Positions 1 through 8,790 of a stretch of 20,000 nucleotides of DNA are shown in pieces (position 1 is the stretch's first letter; each line of letters starts with the position of its first letter). Made by a program: the position numbers and the translations under genes. Where the stretch lies: the sequence record SRR22947727_2831, one strand, 5' to 3'. The notes under the pieces are model-generated. The model saw only the letters and a program-made list of their open reading frames with translations. It ran no database searches and was not told the DNA's origin.

Positions 1-19
1 TGGGTCTGGAGGCAGACAT
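1..19 (-). CDS. Probable 5' start of a gene downstream of the iolG-like gene, truncated by the window edge (MSASRP...)
   Basis: On the minus strand the iolG-like stop TAG (22-20) is followed immediately by ATG (19-17), and the frame is open to the edge. Only 6 codons are visible. Confidence 0.35.
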
Positions 20-1015
20 CTATTCGGTGATGTCGGCAACCATGATGGCTCGAGACTCTTCGATGGACTTCTCACACGCGATTGCTGCGCGGAGACTCTC
101 CAGCGCAGAATCAGGCGGTGTGGGGTTCTCCGTTTCCCCCGCAGCCAAGGACACAAAGGAAGCAGTCTCGTTGCGGAATGCCTCGCGGAAGCGATCAACA
201 AAACCTGTGTAGGGGTTCTCGTTCAATGCGAGGTCTCCCTCCATCGCGTGGAGTGGTGTCCTGGAATTCAAGCCCGCGGACAGCGAGTCCTTCGACCCAA
301 AGGCTTCCATCCGCACATCGTGACCGACCGGGTTATGCCTGGCTCCGGTGATGACAACCTGAACCCCGCTCACCGTGGTCAGAGAGATGGTCGCCACATC
401 AGCGTCGTCAAACTCGGCATAATCCTGATGCTCACGGACACGTTTCGTGGCAAAAACGCTTTCGATTTCACTGCCGGTCATCCACCGCACCAGGTCAAAG
501 TCGTGGACATGGAGGTCCCGAAATATCCCCCCGCTCCCGGGAATGAAGTCTTTATGGCTGACGGTGTGATCCCTGGACTCCATCGTCATGGAGTAAAACG
601 TTCCGATGCCTCCCGAGTGAATGATGTCGTGCATCGCCCTAATGGAGGTGTCGAAGCGACGCTGGAATCCGATTTGCAGGGCAGAACCGCTGCTCTCTGC
701 CAACGCAATCGCGGAGGCGGTGTCCTGCAGGGTGAGAGCCACCGGTTTTTCACACAACACGGGGATGCCCTGAGGAAGCACACCATTCAGAATGTGGTGG
801 TGCCCGCTCGTCCCTACGGCCACGACGACAGCGTCAGCGACAGCGTCCGTTGCTTGCTCCCACCGCAGCGCTGTTGCGCCCCACTTGGATGCCAGCTCTT
901 GGGCTCGGGATTCATTTCGATTGGCAATAAGGACCTCGCTCACGCGAGGGTCTGCCACCAGGTCTTCCACCCGGATAGCGCCCATGCGACCAGCTCCGAC
1001 GACGAGTACTCTCAT
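20..1015 (-). CDS. iolG: Gfo/Idh/MocA oxidoreductase, myo-inositol 2-dehydrogenase-like
   Basis: Rossmann motif GAGRMG, CEKP motif, GFQRRFD, and SGGIFRDLHVHDFD (catalytic D-x3-H), all typical of IolG. GGAAAGGA RBS upstream. Divergent from iolE-iolC-iolD. Confidence 0.8.
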   Translation of the reverse strand: MRVLVVGAGRMGAIRVEDLVADPRVSEVLIANRNESRAQELASKWGATALRWEQATDAVADAVVVAVGTSGHHHILNGVLPQGIPVLCEKPVALTLQDTASAIALAESSGSALQIGFQRRFDTSIRAMHDIIHSGGIGTFYSMTMESRDHTVSHKDFIPGSGGIFRDLHVHDFDLVRWMTGSEIESVFATKRVREHQDYAEFDDADVATISLTTVSGVQVVITGARHNPVGHDVRMEAFGSKDSLSAGLNSRTPLHAMEGDLALNENPYTGFVDRFREAFRNETASFVSLAAGETENPTPPDSALESLRAAIACEKSIEESRAIMVADITE

Positions 1016-1070
1016 TGCTTTTTCCTTTCCCCCAGCACGGCAATGTGTTGCGGTGGTTCCCCCAGTCTGC

Positions 1071-1092
1071 CATAATAATTGGAACGTTCCAA
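1071..1092. promoter_or_regulatory. Divergent iol promoter region: -10-like CATAAT (1071-1076) followed by the perfect palindrome TTGGAACGTTCCAA (1079-1092), a LacI-type operator candidate
   Basis: Perfect 14-bp palindrome with a central CG, placed between a -10-like hexamer and the iolE RBS (GAAGGGG). Confidence 0.7.
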
Positions 1093-1105
1093 CGAAGGGG
1101 TGCCC

Positions 1106-2011
1106 ATGTCGGATTTTCTGTCTCGAGTTGCGTCAGCACCCATTTCCTGGGGAATTTGTGAGGTGCCCGGCTGGGGCGCCATGCTCCCCACACCTCGAGT
1201 GCTGGGCGAGATGGCGGGACTGGGTTTCACTGCGACCGAGCTTGGCGCACCAGGCTTCCTCCCCACATCCCCGGAAGGAGTGAAGAGCGAACTCGCGGCT
1301 TTTGAGATGACCTTGCTCGGAGGATTCACCCCTGTCGTTCTCCACGACAAAGCTCAGCGAGACGAGACTATTGCGAGCGCCAGGACCACCGCGAAGCTCT
1401 TCCAAGACGCTGGTGCCACCAAGTTCATTTCCTCTGTTGTTCAAGATATGGACTGGTCGAATCCTCGGGCGTTGAGCAGCGATGAGCAGGCTCACATGGC
1501 AGAAATGTTTGGCATCATCGACGACATTTGTGCTGAGCACGGACTCGAACAGGTGCTGCACCCCCACGTCCAAACCTTGGTGGAAACCAAGGACGACATC
1601 TCACGAGTCCTCGACTCGTGTGATGTGCACTTCTGCCTCGACACCGGCCACATGGCTTTTGGTGGTCAAGATCCCGTGCAATTCGCCAAAGACGCGATGG
1701 ATCGCGTCGGACACGTGCACCTGAAGGACATCAGGCTCGACATGGTCGAGCCTGTGCTGCGACGCGAGGTGTCCTTGATGGCGGCCACTCAGGCAGGCAT
1801 CTTTACCCCTCTGGGGCAAGGCGACGTCGACATCATGGGCGTCGTTCAAACACTCGAGCGCGCCGGGTATGACGGCTGGTATGTCATCGAGCAGGACACC
1901 GCCATCACCGATGGTCTCCCCGGCGAAGGCGAAGGCCCCCTCCACGAGGTGACCACGTCCCTGCAGTACTTGGTCGAGAAGGTTGCTCCCACCCTGGACT
2001 CCCCAAGCTAA
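1106..2011 (+). CDS. iolE: myo-Inosose-2 dehydratase (xylose isomerase-like TIM barrel)
   Basis: N-terminal APISWG; HPH, CLDTGH, HVHLKD and VIEQD metal-binding motifs; iol context. ATG at 1106 follows a GAAGGGG RBS (the ORF track starts at 1079). Confidence 0.8.
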   Translation: MSDFLSRVASAPISWGICEVPGWGAMLPTPRVLGEMAGLGFTATELGAPGFLPTSPEGVKSELAAFEMTLLGGFTPVVLHDKAQRDETIASARTTAKLFQDAGATKFISSVVQDMDWSNPRALSSDEQAHMAEMFGIIDDICAEHGLEQVLHPHVQTLVETKDDISRVLDSCDVHFCLDTGHMAFGGQDPVQFAKDAMDRVGHVHLKDIRLDMVEPVLRREVSLMAATQAGIFTPLGQGDVDIMGVVQTLERAGYDGWYVIEQDTAITDGLPGEGEGPLHEVTTSLQYLVEKVAPTLDSPS

Positions 2012-2952
2012 TGTCACCCGATGTCGTCAGTGTTGGTCGCATCAGCGTCGACCTCTATGCCAACGAGCCTCACGCGGGTTTTGAGGACCAGCAAAGTTTT
2101 CGGAAGTCGGTAGGCGGCAGCCCCACCAATGTTGCGGTGGCGGCAGCGAGGCTTGGCCACGACGTCACGCTTGTCACCAAAGTCGGCGATGACGACTTTG
2201 GTGACTACATCCGGGGGCGCCTCGAGGGGTGGGGAGTGGACACCAGCTACGTCGGAAGTGTGCCTGGCGCCCAAACTCCTTTGGCGTTTGCCGCTCTCAC
2301 TCCCCCCGAAACCCCGACCGTGATCTTCTACCGCGGAGCAGCAGCGCCCGATACCCAGCTCGTGGCTTCCGATGTTCCAGAAGAGCTCATAACGGGGACA
2401 AAGATTCTGTGGATCAGCCAAGGCTCCCTAGCCCAAGGCAGCACGGCAGAGACCTGCCTCGCCTGGATGGCGCTGCGCTCGAAGGATCACCACACGATTC
2501 TTGATCTGGACTACCGCCCCTCCCTCTGGGGAAGCGTCGACGACGCTCGTGCGATGGCGCAACGTGCCATCGCACGAGCCACCGTCGTGGTCAGCAACTC
2601 TGAAGAGTGCGAGGTGGCACTGGGGGTGAGCGATCCAGACGCTGCCGCAGATGCACTGCTGAGCGCTGGGGTGAAGCTTGCAATTATCAAGCTCGGCGCC
2701 GGTGGAGCGCTTCTGGCGAGCGAGACCGAGCGAGTTCGGGTGGCACCCACCCCCATTGAGGTTGTCTGCGGTTTGGGAGCGGGGGACGCCTTTGGGGGTG
2801 CACTCTGCCACGGTTTACTGGAAGGCTTGAGCCTGGAAGAGATCGGAGCACTCGCGAACGCCGCCGGTGCACATGTGGCAACTCAACTCACGTGTGCAGA
2901 TGCGATGCCGAGTGTGGAGGAGCTCCAGCGGGTTATGGAGGATGCAGCATGA
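2011..2952 (+). CDS. iolC: 5-dehydro-2-deoxygluconokinase (PfkB family)
   Basis: GRISVDLY, GGSPTNVAVAAARLG, LDLDYRP and GLGAGDAFGG motifs. TAATG overlap with iolE. Confidence 0.9.
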   Translation: MSPDVVSVGRISVDLYANEPHAGFEDQQSFRKSVGGSPTNVAVAAARLGHDVTLVTKVGDDDFGDYIRGRLEGWGVDTSYVGSVPGAQTPLAFAALTPPETPTVIFYRGAAAPDTQLVASDVPEELITGTKILWISQGSLAQGSTAETCLAWMALRSKDHHTILDLDYRPSLWGSVDDARAMAQRAIARATVVVSNSEECEVALGVSDPDAAADALLSAGVKLAIIKLGAGGALLASETERVRVAPTPIEVVCGLGAGDAFGGALCHGLLEGLSLEEIGALANAAGAHVATQLTCADAMPSVEELQRVMEDAA

Positions 2953-3842
2953 GTGTGACCATCGAGCAGTATCACGAGCTACTTCGGGCCAGGGTTTTTG
3001 AACCAGAAGCGTTCACCAGAGCGCTGCTGAACAGAAAGCGTCGAACCCCGCAGGGCGCAGATGGCAACCTCCTGTTGGTCGCTTCCGACCACACCGCTCG
3101 AGGCAAAATCAGTTTGGGCAATGACCCCGTTGCGATGGCTGATCGTCACACCCTTTTGGACCACTTGGTTCGCGTTCTCTCCTCCCCAGGCGTCGACGGA
3201 GTCTTGGGAAGTGCCGATGTCCTCGAGGAACTCGCCTGGTTGGGGGCACTAGAGAACAAGCTGGCAATTGGAACGATGAACCGCGGTGGCATCATCGGCG
3301 CCACCTGGGAACTCGATGATCGCCTCACCTCCTATGACGTTGACCACGTGGAGTCGATGGGCCTCGATGGCGGAAAAACCCTGCTCCGCATCGACTACAC
3401 CGACCCGGCTGTGGCGAGGACGTTGGAGACCGTGGCATCCATCACCACCCAACTGGCAGATCGCAAACTGCTCTCCATGATTGAGCCCCTGCCCTACGTC
3501 AAAGACTCTGCCGGTCACGCAAAGCTGAACCCATCCGATGATGCCCTAGTGACCGTGGTGGCCATCGCATCAGGCTTGGGAGCATCCTCTGCCTACACCT
3601 GGCTGAAAGTCCCCGCGAGTGAGCGGATGGGCGAGGTGGCGGGAGCCACCACCCTGCCGATTTTGATGCTCGGTGGTGACCCCAGCGGTGGCGTCGATCC
3701 GATTTTTGCGAAATGGGAGACCGGCATGAAGGAGCCCAACGTTCGAGGCCTCCTTGCCGGTCGCACCCTCCTCTACCCGCCTGATGGAGACATTGAGGCG
3801 GCCACGAAGCGCGCAGCGCAGATCGTTAGACCCCACCACTAA
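2949..3842 (+). CDS. Cgl0159-like (beta/alpha)8 class I aldolase-fold protein, candidate IolJ-equivalent aldolase
   Basis: ASDHTARG, GVDGVLG, MNRGG, GGKTLLRID, WLKVP (candidate Schiff-base Lys), LMLGGD and GRTLLYPPDGD. ATGA overlap with iolC. Sits directly after iolC, as in actinobacterial iol operons. Confidence 0.8.
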   Translation: MSVTIEQYHELLRARVFEPEAFTRALLNRKRRTPQGADGNLLLVASDHTARGKISLGNDPVAMADRHTLLDHLVRVLSSPGVDGVLGSADVLEELAWLGALENKLAIGTMNRGGIIGATWELDDRLTSYDVDHVESMGLDGGKTLLRIDYTDPAVARTLETVASITTQLADRKLLSMIEPLPYVKDSAGHAKLNPSDDALVTVVAIASGLGASSAYTWLKVPASERMGEVAGATTLPILMLGGDPSGGVDPIFAKWETGMKEPNVRGLLAGRTLLYPPDGDIEAATKRAAQIVRPHH

Positions 3843-3864
3843 CCTTCAGAAAGGTGTCACCCCC

Positions 3865-5037
3865 ATGAACAAACCCCTCGGTGTTGCCGTGCTTGGACTT
3901 GGCTGGATGGGACAGGTGCACTCTCGCGCCATGCTTCGGATGCCCTCGCTATTCCCCAACCGCTCCTTCGACCCGAAACTCGTGGTCTGTGCAGACACCG
4001 AAGAGGAACGTCGCACCCGCGCGGTTAACGACTTTGGTTTTGAGCGTGCCGTTGCAGACTGGCGCGAGGCTGTCGAAGCCGATGACGTCGATGTGGTGTG
4101 GGTGACAGCACCCAACATGCTCCACGTCCCGATGATTGAAGCAGCAGCTGCAGCCGGCAAAGCAGTCTTTAGTGAGAAACCCATTGGTGGCAAGCCCGAG
4201 CAGACCGTTGCCGCCTACAACGCGGCTCAAGCTGCTGGTGTTCGCACCGCGGTGGGATACAACTACCTGTGGGCACCCCTGGTGCTCCACGCGAAGGAAC
4301 TGATTTCCTCGGGTGCTCTCGGTGAAATCACCCACTACCGTGGCCGATTCCTCTCCATGTATGGAAGCGACGAGATGGGCCTTTTAACCTGGCGCTTCAT
4401 TCTGGATCAGGCCGGCTATGGCGCGACCAGTGACATCCTCAGCCACTCCATCTCCTTGGCGCAGTTCTTGGTAGGGGACATCACCGAGGTCGTGGGTATG
4501 AAGAACACCACCATCCCCCAGCGCCCACTTCCCACTGGTGCCGCCAGCCACTATGGGCGCGGAAAGCCTGAGGACCCCAAGGGTGATGTGGAGAACGAGG
4601 ACTTTGCCTCGATGCTCTGCTGGTTCAAGAACGGTGCAACCGGAACGTTCGAGTCCAGTCGCACCATGGTGGGACCCGAGAGCCAGAACGCGTTCGAGGT
4701 CTATGGCACCAAGGGTGCTCTTGCCTGGAACCTTGAGAAGATGAACGAACTCCAGTACTACCGACTGACCGAGGACCCCAGCTCCGGGTACACCACCATC
4801 TATGGTGGGGACCGTTTCCCCTTCCACGGAGCGTTCGCACCGGGTCAGGCCAACTCCATTGGGTTGGAAGACTTGATGGCCATTGAGGACTACTCCTTCC
4901 TGGAGGCCATCGCCACCGGTGGGGACTTCTCACCGAGCTTCCGCGAGGCCGTCAACGTGGTGAGCGTCCAGCAAGCATTGATTAACTCGTGGGAGTCCCG
5001 CTCCTTCGAGCCCGTCGTTGACCTGTCAGGAGAGTAA
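3865..5037 (+). CDS. Gfo/Idh/MocA oxidoreductase, scyllo-inositol/L-glucose dehydrogenase (LgdA) or levoglucosan dehydrogenase-like subfamily
   Basis: GLGWMG, SEKP, GYNY, DILSH, VENED and EKMNEL motifs. ATG at 3865 follows an AGAAAGG RBS (the ORF track start at 3754 overlaps the upstream gene). Confidence 0.85.
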   Translation: MNKPLGVAVLGLGWMGQVHSRAMLRMPSLFPNRSFDPKLVVCADTEEERRTRAVNDFGFERAVADWREAVEADDVDVVWVTAPNMLHVPMIEAAAAAGKAVFSEKPIGGKPEQTVAAYNAAQAAGVRTAVGYNYLWAPLVLHAKELISSGALGEITHYRGRFLSMYGSDEMGLLTWRFILDQAGYGATSDILSHSISLAQFLVGDITEVVGMKNTTIPQRPLPTGAASHYGRGKPEDPKGDVENEDFASMLCWFKNGATGTFESSRTMVGPESQNAFEVYGTKGALAWNLEKMNELQYYRLTEDPSSGYTTIYGGDRFPFHGAFAPGQANSIGLEDLMAIEDYSFLEAIATGGDFSPSFREAVNVVSVQQALINSWESRSFEPVVDLSGE

Positions 5038-5042
5038 AAGCC

Positions 5043-6890
5043 ATGACGAAGACCATCCGCCTCACCGTCGCTGAAGCGATTGTTCGTTACTTGATTGCCC
5101 AGCGCACCGTCATTGACGGACAGAATGTGCCCTTGTTTCCCGGGGTGTACGGGATTTTTGGCCACGGCAACGTCACCAGCCTGGGTCACTCACTGGAGAT
5201 GCACCGCGAGGAGCTTCCGGTCTGGCGCGGACAAAACGAACAGGGCATGGCCTTGGCCGCTGCCGCGTTTGCGAAGGCAACGAGGCGTCAACAGATCATG
5301 GTCGCCACCTCCTCCATTGGGCCCGGAGCAACGAACATGGTGACCGCCGCGGGCGTGGCCATGTCCAACCGCCTTCCCGTGCTCTTTATTTCGGGCGACA
5401 CCTTCGTCTCACGCCTGCCAGACCCAGTACTGCAGCAGGTTGAGCACTTCGGTATGCCCTCCATCACCGTCAATGACGCGTTCCAGCCCGTCACCCGTTA
5501 CTGGGACCGCATCACCCACCCTGCTCAGATTCTGAGCTCACTGCCGCAGGCAGTGGCGGTGATGTTGGATGCCGGTGACTGTGGTCCAGCATTTATTGGA
5601 TTGCCGCAGGACGTCGCGGCGGAAGCGTATGACTACCCTGAGTCGTTCTTTGAGACAAGCCTCCGACAGATGCCTCGCCCTCGTCCTGATAACCACCAGT
5701 TGGCAGAGGCTGTTGCCCTTCTCAAGAGCGCCTCGAAGCCGGTCATCATTGCCGGTGGTGGAGTCCACTACTCCCAGGCCGAGGAGGAGCTTGCCGCTTT
5801 TGCCGCTCGTCACCAGATTCCTGTGGTGGAGACGGTCGCCGGTAAGTCCTCTCTCCTGGCTGGTCACCCCAGCTACGCAGGACCGCTGGGTGTCACCGGC
5901 GCTGCGGCCGCCAACGCTGTGGTGAGTCAGGCAGATGTTGTGGTGGCAGTGGGAACTCGACTCGAGGACTTCACCACAGGATCCTGGACACTCTTCGGGG
6001 AGGCTACCCAGTTCATTGGTATCAATGCCGCACGCTTTGATGCGATGAAGCACCGTGCACTTCCGGTGGTGGCCGATGCGAGAGAGACCTTGACAGAGCT
6101 CACCACTGCCCTCGGGGAGTGGTCCTCACCGGCATCGTGGATGACCGAAGTTGCGACCCACAGAGCGGACCTCGACACTTTTGTCAGCTCACGCACTGCT
6201 GATGATGGCGTGTGGCCACCGAGTTATGCGCAGTTGGTGGGGCTTGTCAACGACCAAGCTACCCCCGAGGACTATGTCCTCACGGCCGCGGGCGGTCTTC
6301 CTGGTGAGCTCAACATCAACTGGATGAGCAAGGGTGTTGCCACCTTTGACTGCGAGTACGGCTTTAGCTGTATGGGTTATGAGATCTCCGGCGCCTGGGG
6401 AGCAGCTATGGCGAGGCCCAGTGGTGAAGTCTTCTCCCTGGTAGGTGATGGCTCGTATCTGATGATGAACTCGGACATTTACGCGTCGGTGCTCTCGGGC
6501 CACAAGATGATCTTGGTTGTCTGTGACAACGAGGGTTACGCCGTCATTGAGCGACTTCAAACCAGCAAGGGTGGAGCCTCCTACAACAACATGCTCTCGG
6601 ACTCCAACGGCACCGGAACGGATGCCCGTGTTGATTTCCGTGCGCACGCTGCCTCCATGGGTGCGCTCACCTTTGAAGTGGAGAGCCTCGCCGAGTTTGC
6701 CGATGCTCTCCAGAGTGCTCGCGAGGCTGAGCGCACAGTCGTCATTGTGACGAAGGTGCGGGCGAAGGACTTTACCGAAGGTGGTGCTTTCTGGCAGGTC
6801 GGTATCCCTGAGGTGTCAGAGCGTCCCAGTGTTCTGGAGGCGCGAGCCGCCATGGATGAGGGGCTTACCGCGCAGCGACCAGGTATCTAG
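5043..6890 (+). CDS. iolD: 3D-(3,5/4)-trihydroxycyclohexane-1,2-dione acylhydrolase (decyclizing), ThDP-dependent
   Basis: TIRLTVAEA, GIFGHGNV, NEQGMALAA, SIGPGATNM, PDPVLQQVE, EYGFSCMGYE and the GDGS...DN ThDP motif. Confidence 0.95.
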   Translation: MTKTIRLTVAEAIVRYLIAQRTVIDGQNVPLFPGVYGIFGHGNVTSLGHSLEMHREELPVWRGQNEQGMALAAAAFAKATRRQQIMVATSSIGPGATNMVTAAGVAMSNRLPVLFISGDTFVSRLPDPVLQQVEHFGMPSITVNDAFQPVTRYWDRITHPAQILSSLPQAVAVMLDAGDCGPAFIGLPQDVAAEAYDYPESFFETSLRQMPRPRPDNHQLAEAVALLKSASKPVIIAGGGVHYSQAEEELAAFAARHQIPVVETVAGKSSLLAGHPSYAGPLGVTGAAAANAVVSQADVVVAVGTRLEDFTTGSWTLFGEATQFIGINAARFDAMKHRALPVVADARETLTELTTALGEWSSPASWMTEVATHRADLDTFVSSRTADDGVWPPSYAQLVGLVNDQATPEDYVLTAAGGLPGELNINWMSKGVATFDCEYGFSCMGYEISGAWGAAMARPSGEVFSLVGDGSYLMMNSDIYASVLSGHKMILVVCDNEGYAVIERLQTSKGGASYNNMLSDSNGTGTDARVDFRAHAASMGALTFEVESLAEFADALQSAREAERTVVIVTKVRAKDFTEGGAFWQVGIPEVSERPSVLEARAAMDEGLTAQRPGI

Positions 6891-6892
6891 CG

Positions 6893-7657
6893 CTACTTGT
6901 TGACGACGGTGAACTCGAGAGAGTACAAATCCGTCCGATAAATGTGCTCACCGTGCTCAATCGCTCGACCCATGGAGTCATAGGCGGTTCTCTCCATGGT
7001 GAGAACCGCGGCACCTGACTCAATATCGAGCTCACTGGCTTCCGCCTGGGTGACTTTGCGGGCACTGATGCGCTGCTTGCCCACCTGGGGAACAAAGCCT
7101 CGCTCTCGGAGGATTTGATACAAACCTTTGGCGTCGAGCTCATCTTTGGTGAGGGTGCCAATCGAGTGGGGAATCCAGTTGTGCATTACGGCCATGGGAA
7201 CTTTGTCGGCGTAGCGAATACGAATTGCCTCGGTGACCAGTGTGCCGGTGGGAACACCGAGGCTCTGTGCCACATGTGCATTGGCGGGGTTGTTTCCAAA
7301 GGACACCACAGTGGTTTCCGCCTTCGAGCCACCTCGTTGGATGTCGTCATAGAGCGAGGTGAGCTCCATTCCCCTGGTCACCTGGCCATGGACCACCTGG
7401 GAGCCAATTCCGCGACGACGGACAATGAGTCCGTCGTCGACCAGGGTTTGGATGGCGCGACGAATAGTCGGCCGGGAAAGAGCTAAACGCTCCGCAAGAG
7501 AGACCTCATTTTCAATCCGCGAGCCGGGAGGCAAAGTTCCCTGACGAATAGCGAGCTCGAACTTCTTCGCGACCTGGTGATAGAGCGGTGTCGTTCCGGA
7601 GCGATCCAAATCGGCAAAGAGGGACTGAGGAAGGAGAACTTCTGTCTTGCGCACCAT
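6893..7657 (-). CDS. iolR: GntR-family (HutC subfamily, UTRA domain) transcriptional regulator, IolR-like
   Basis: LDRSGTTPLYHQV, ENEVSLAERLALSRPTIRRAI (winged HTH), RRRGIGS, LTSLYDD and a C-terminal UTRA-like domain. Adjacent to iolD. Start uncertain (7654, 7657, 7660 or 7669). Confidence 0.85.
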   Translation of the reverse strand: MVRKTEVLLPQSLFADLDRSGTTPLYHQVAKKFELAIRQGTLPPGSRIENEVSLAERLALSRPTIRRAIQTLVDDGLIVRRRGIGSQVVHGQVTRGMELTSLYDDIQRGGSKAETTVVSFGNNPANAHVAQSLGVPTGTLVTEAIRIRYADKVPMAVMHNWIPHSIGTLTKDELDAKGLYQILRERGFVPQVGKQRISARKVTQAEASELDIESGAAVLTMERTAYDSMGRAIEHGEHIYRTDLYSLEFTVVNK

Positions 7658-7660
7658 CAC

Positions 7661-7700
7661 ACCTAACAAATCACGACGTTTGACAATATGTTATGACAAA
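7661..7700. promoter_or_regulatory. Putative autoregulatory GntR/IolR boxes upstream of the regulator
   Basis: TRACAA occurs three times (7664, 7681, 7694). TGTTATGACA (7689-7698) matches 9/10 positions of the Corynebacterium IolR consensus KGWCHTRACA as I recall it. Confidence 0.5.
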
Positions 7701-7794
7701 GTCAGAGCCAGATAGTCGAACGAGGCGGCGTGGGGCTCGCCTGGACAGTCAAGCCTCAATGTTCTACACCGTAGAACTTTGGTGACGACTTCTG

Positions 7795-8790
7795 TTAAAG
7801 GCCTTCGGCCACACCTTCAGTGAGCCCGACTACTCCACCGCCAGCAGTTCCATCATGCTCACTGGAGTCAACTCCCAGGGCTCCCAGCACAGCGCGTCGG
7901 ATGTGGGTGGAGCTGAGGCCATAGAAATCTTCGAGATAACTGGCGGTCCCTCCGTGGGTAAAGGTGTCTCCGACTCCCACTCTGGTCAGCTGAGCTGAGG
8001 AGCGACGATCGACGAGGACCTCCGCGACGAGGCGGCCAAGACCGCTGGCAACCCAATGGTTCTCCACGGTAATAACATGCTTCGCTGCGGTCAGTTTCTG
8101 GATCAAGTCCTCGTCATCGAAAGGCTTCAATGTCGCAACATTGAGCAAGCCCACGTCCGGGTAGTCATGGCGAAGATCATCAACGACCTCCAGTGCTGAC
8201 TGCGTGAGATGCCCCGACACCAGGACCACCACGTCAGAGCCCTCTCGAATGGTCCGATGATGGCCCAAGCTCAAGGGTTCGGTGAAGAGTTTTGGTACCT
8301 CACCGCGTAAGCCACGGATATACACCGGTCCCTTAACCGGATAGACGGCGTCAAGCACACTCTCCATGTCTGTGGCATCCGCAGCCTCGACCACAGTCAT
8401 GTTGGGGAGACCCGTCATCAGTCCAATGTCGTCGAGAGCCTGGTGGGTCACTCCGCCTGGAGTGGTGAGCCCCGGGAGAAAACCGACCATGGTGGCCTTC
8501 CGAGCGGGATACGCAAGCGTCAGCGCGACCTGCTCATAGGGGCGCCTCGTGCAAAAAACGGCAAAAGATGTGTAAATCGGGTAGAGGCCCTCCTGGGCCA
8601 TCCCCGATAGAGCTGACACGAGAGCTTGCTCCGCCATACCCGCAGACACATGGCGGTGAGGGAAGGCATCACGAAATCCATCCGCTTCGCAACTCGCGGT
8701 GAGGTCATTGGTGACAACGGTGACAGCCTCGTGAGACCGACCATGCTCCAGTAATGCCGTGTAGAACGGTTTGCTAATCAACTCGCCCAT
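7795..8790 (-). CDS. Transketolase, C-terminal (pyrimidine-binding) subunit of a split transketolase
   Basis: NDLTAS, GMAEQ, SFAVF, THQALDD, GPVYIRGLRG, TLKPFD and VENH..SGLG motifs. Overlaps the N-subunit gene by 13 nt. Confidence 0.9.
   Translation of the reverse strand: MGELISKPFYTALLEHGRSHEAVTVVTNDLTASCEADGFRDAFPHRHVSAGMAEQALVSALSGMAQEGLYPIYTSFAVFCTRRPYEQVALTLAYPARKATMVGFLPGLTTPGGVTHQALDDIGLMTGLPNMTVVEAADATDMESVLDAVYPVKGPVYIRGLRGEVPKLFTEPLSLGHHRTIREGSDVVVLVSGHLTQSALEVVDDLRHDYPDVGLLNVATLKPFDDEDLIQKLTAAKHVITVENHWVASGLGRLVAEVLVDRRSSAQLTRVGVGDTFTHGGTASYLEDFYGLSSTHIRRAVLGALGVDSSEHDGTAGGGVVGLTEGVAEGL

Noticed and set aside
826-847. 10-bp repeat CGACAGCGTC at a 12-bp period within iolG
   Set aside because: It is short and explained by the DAVADAV peptide.
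248-1075. 275-aa plus-strand ORF
   Set aside because: It is an antisense shadow of the iolG-like gene with no motifs.
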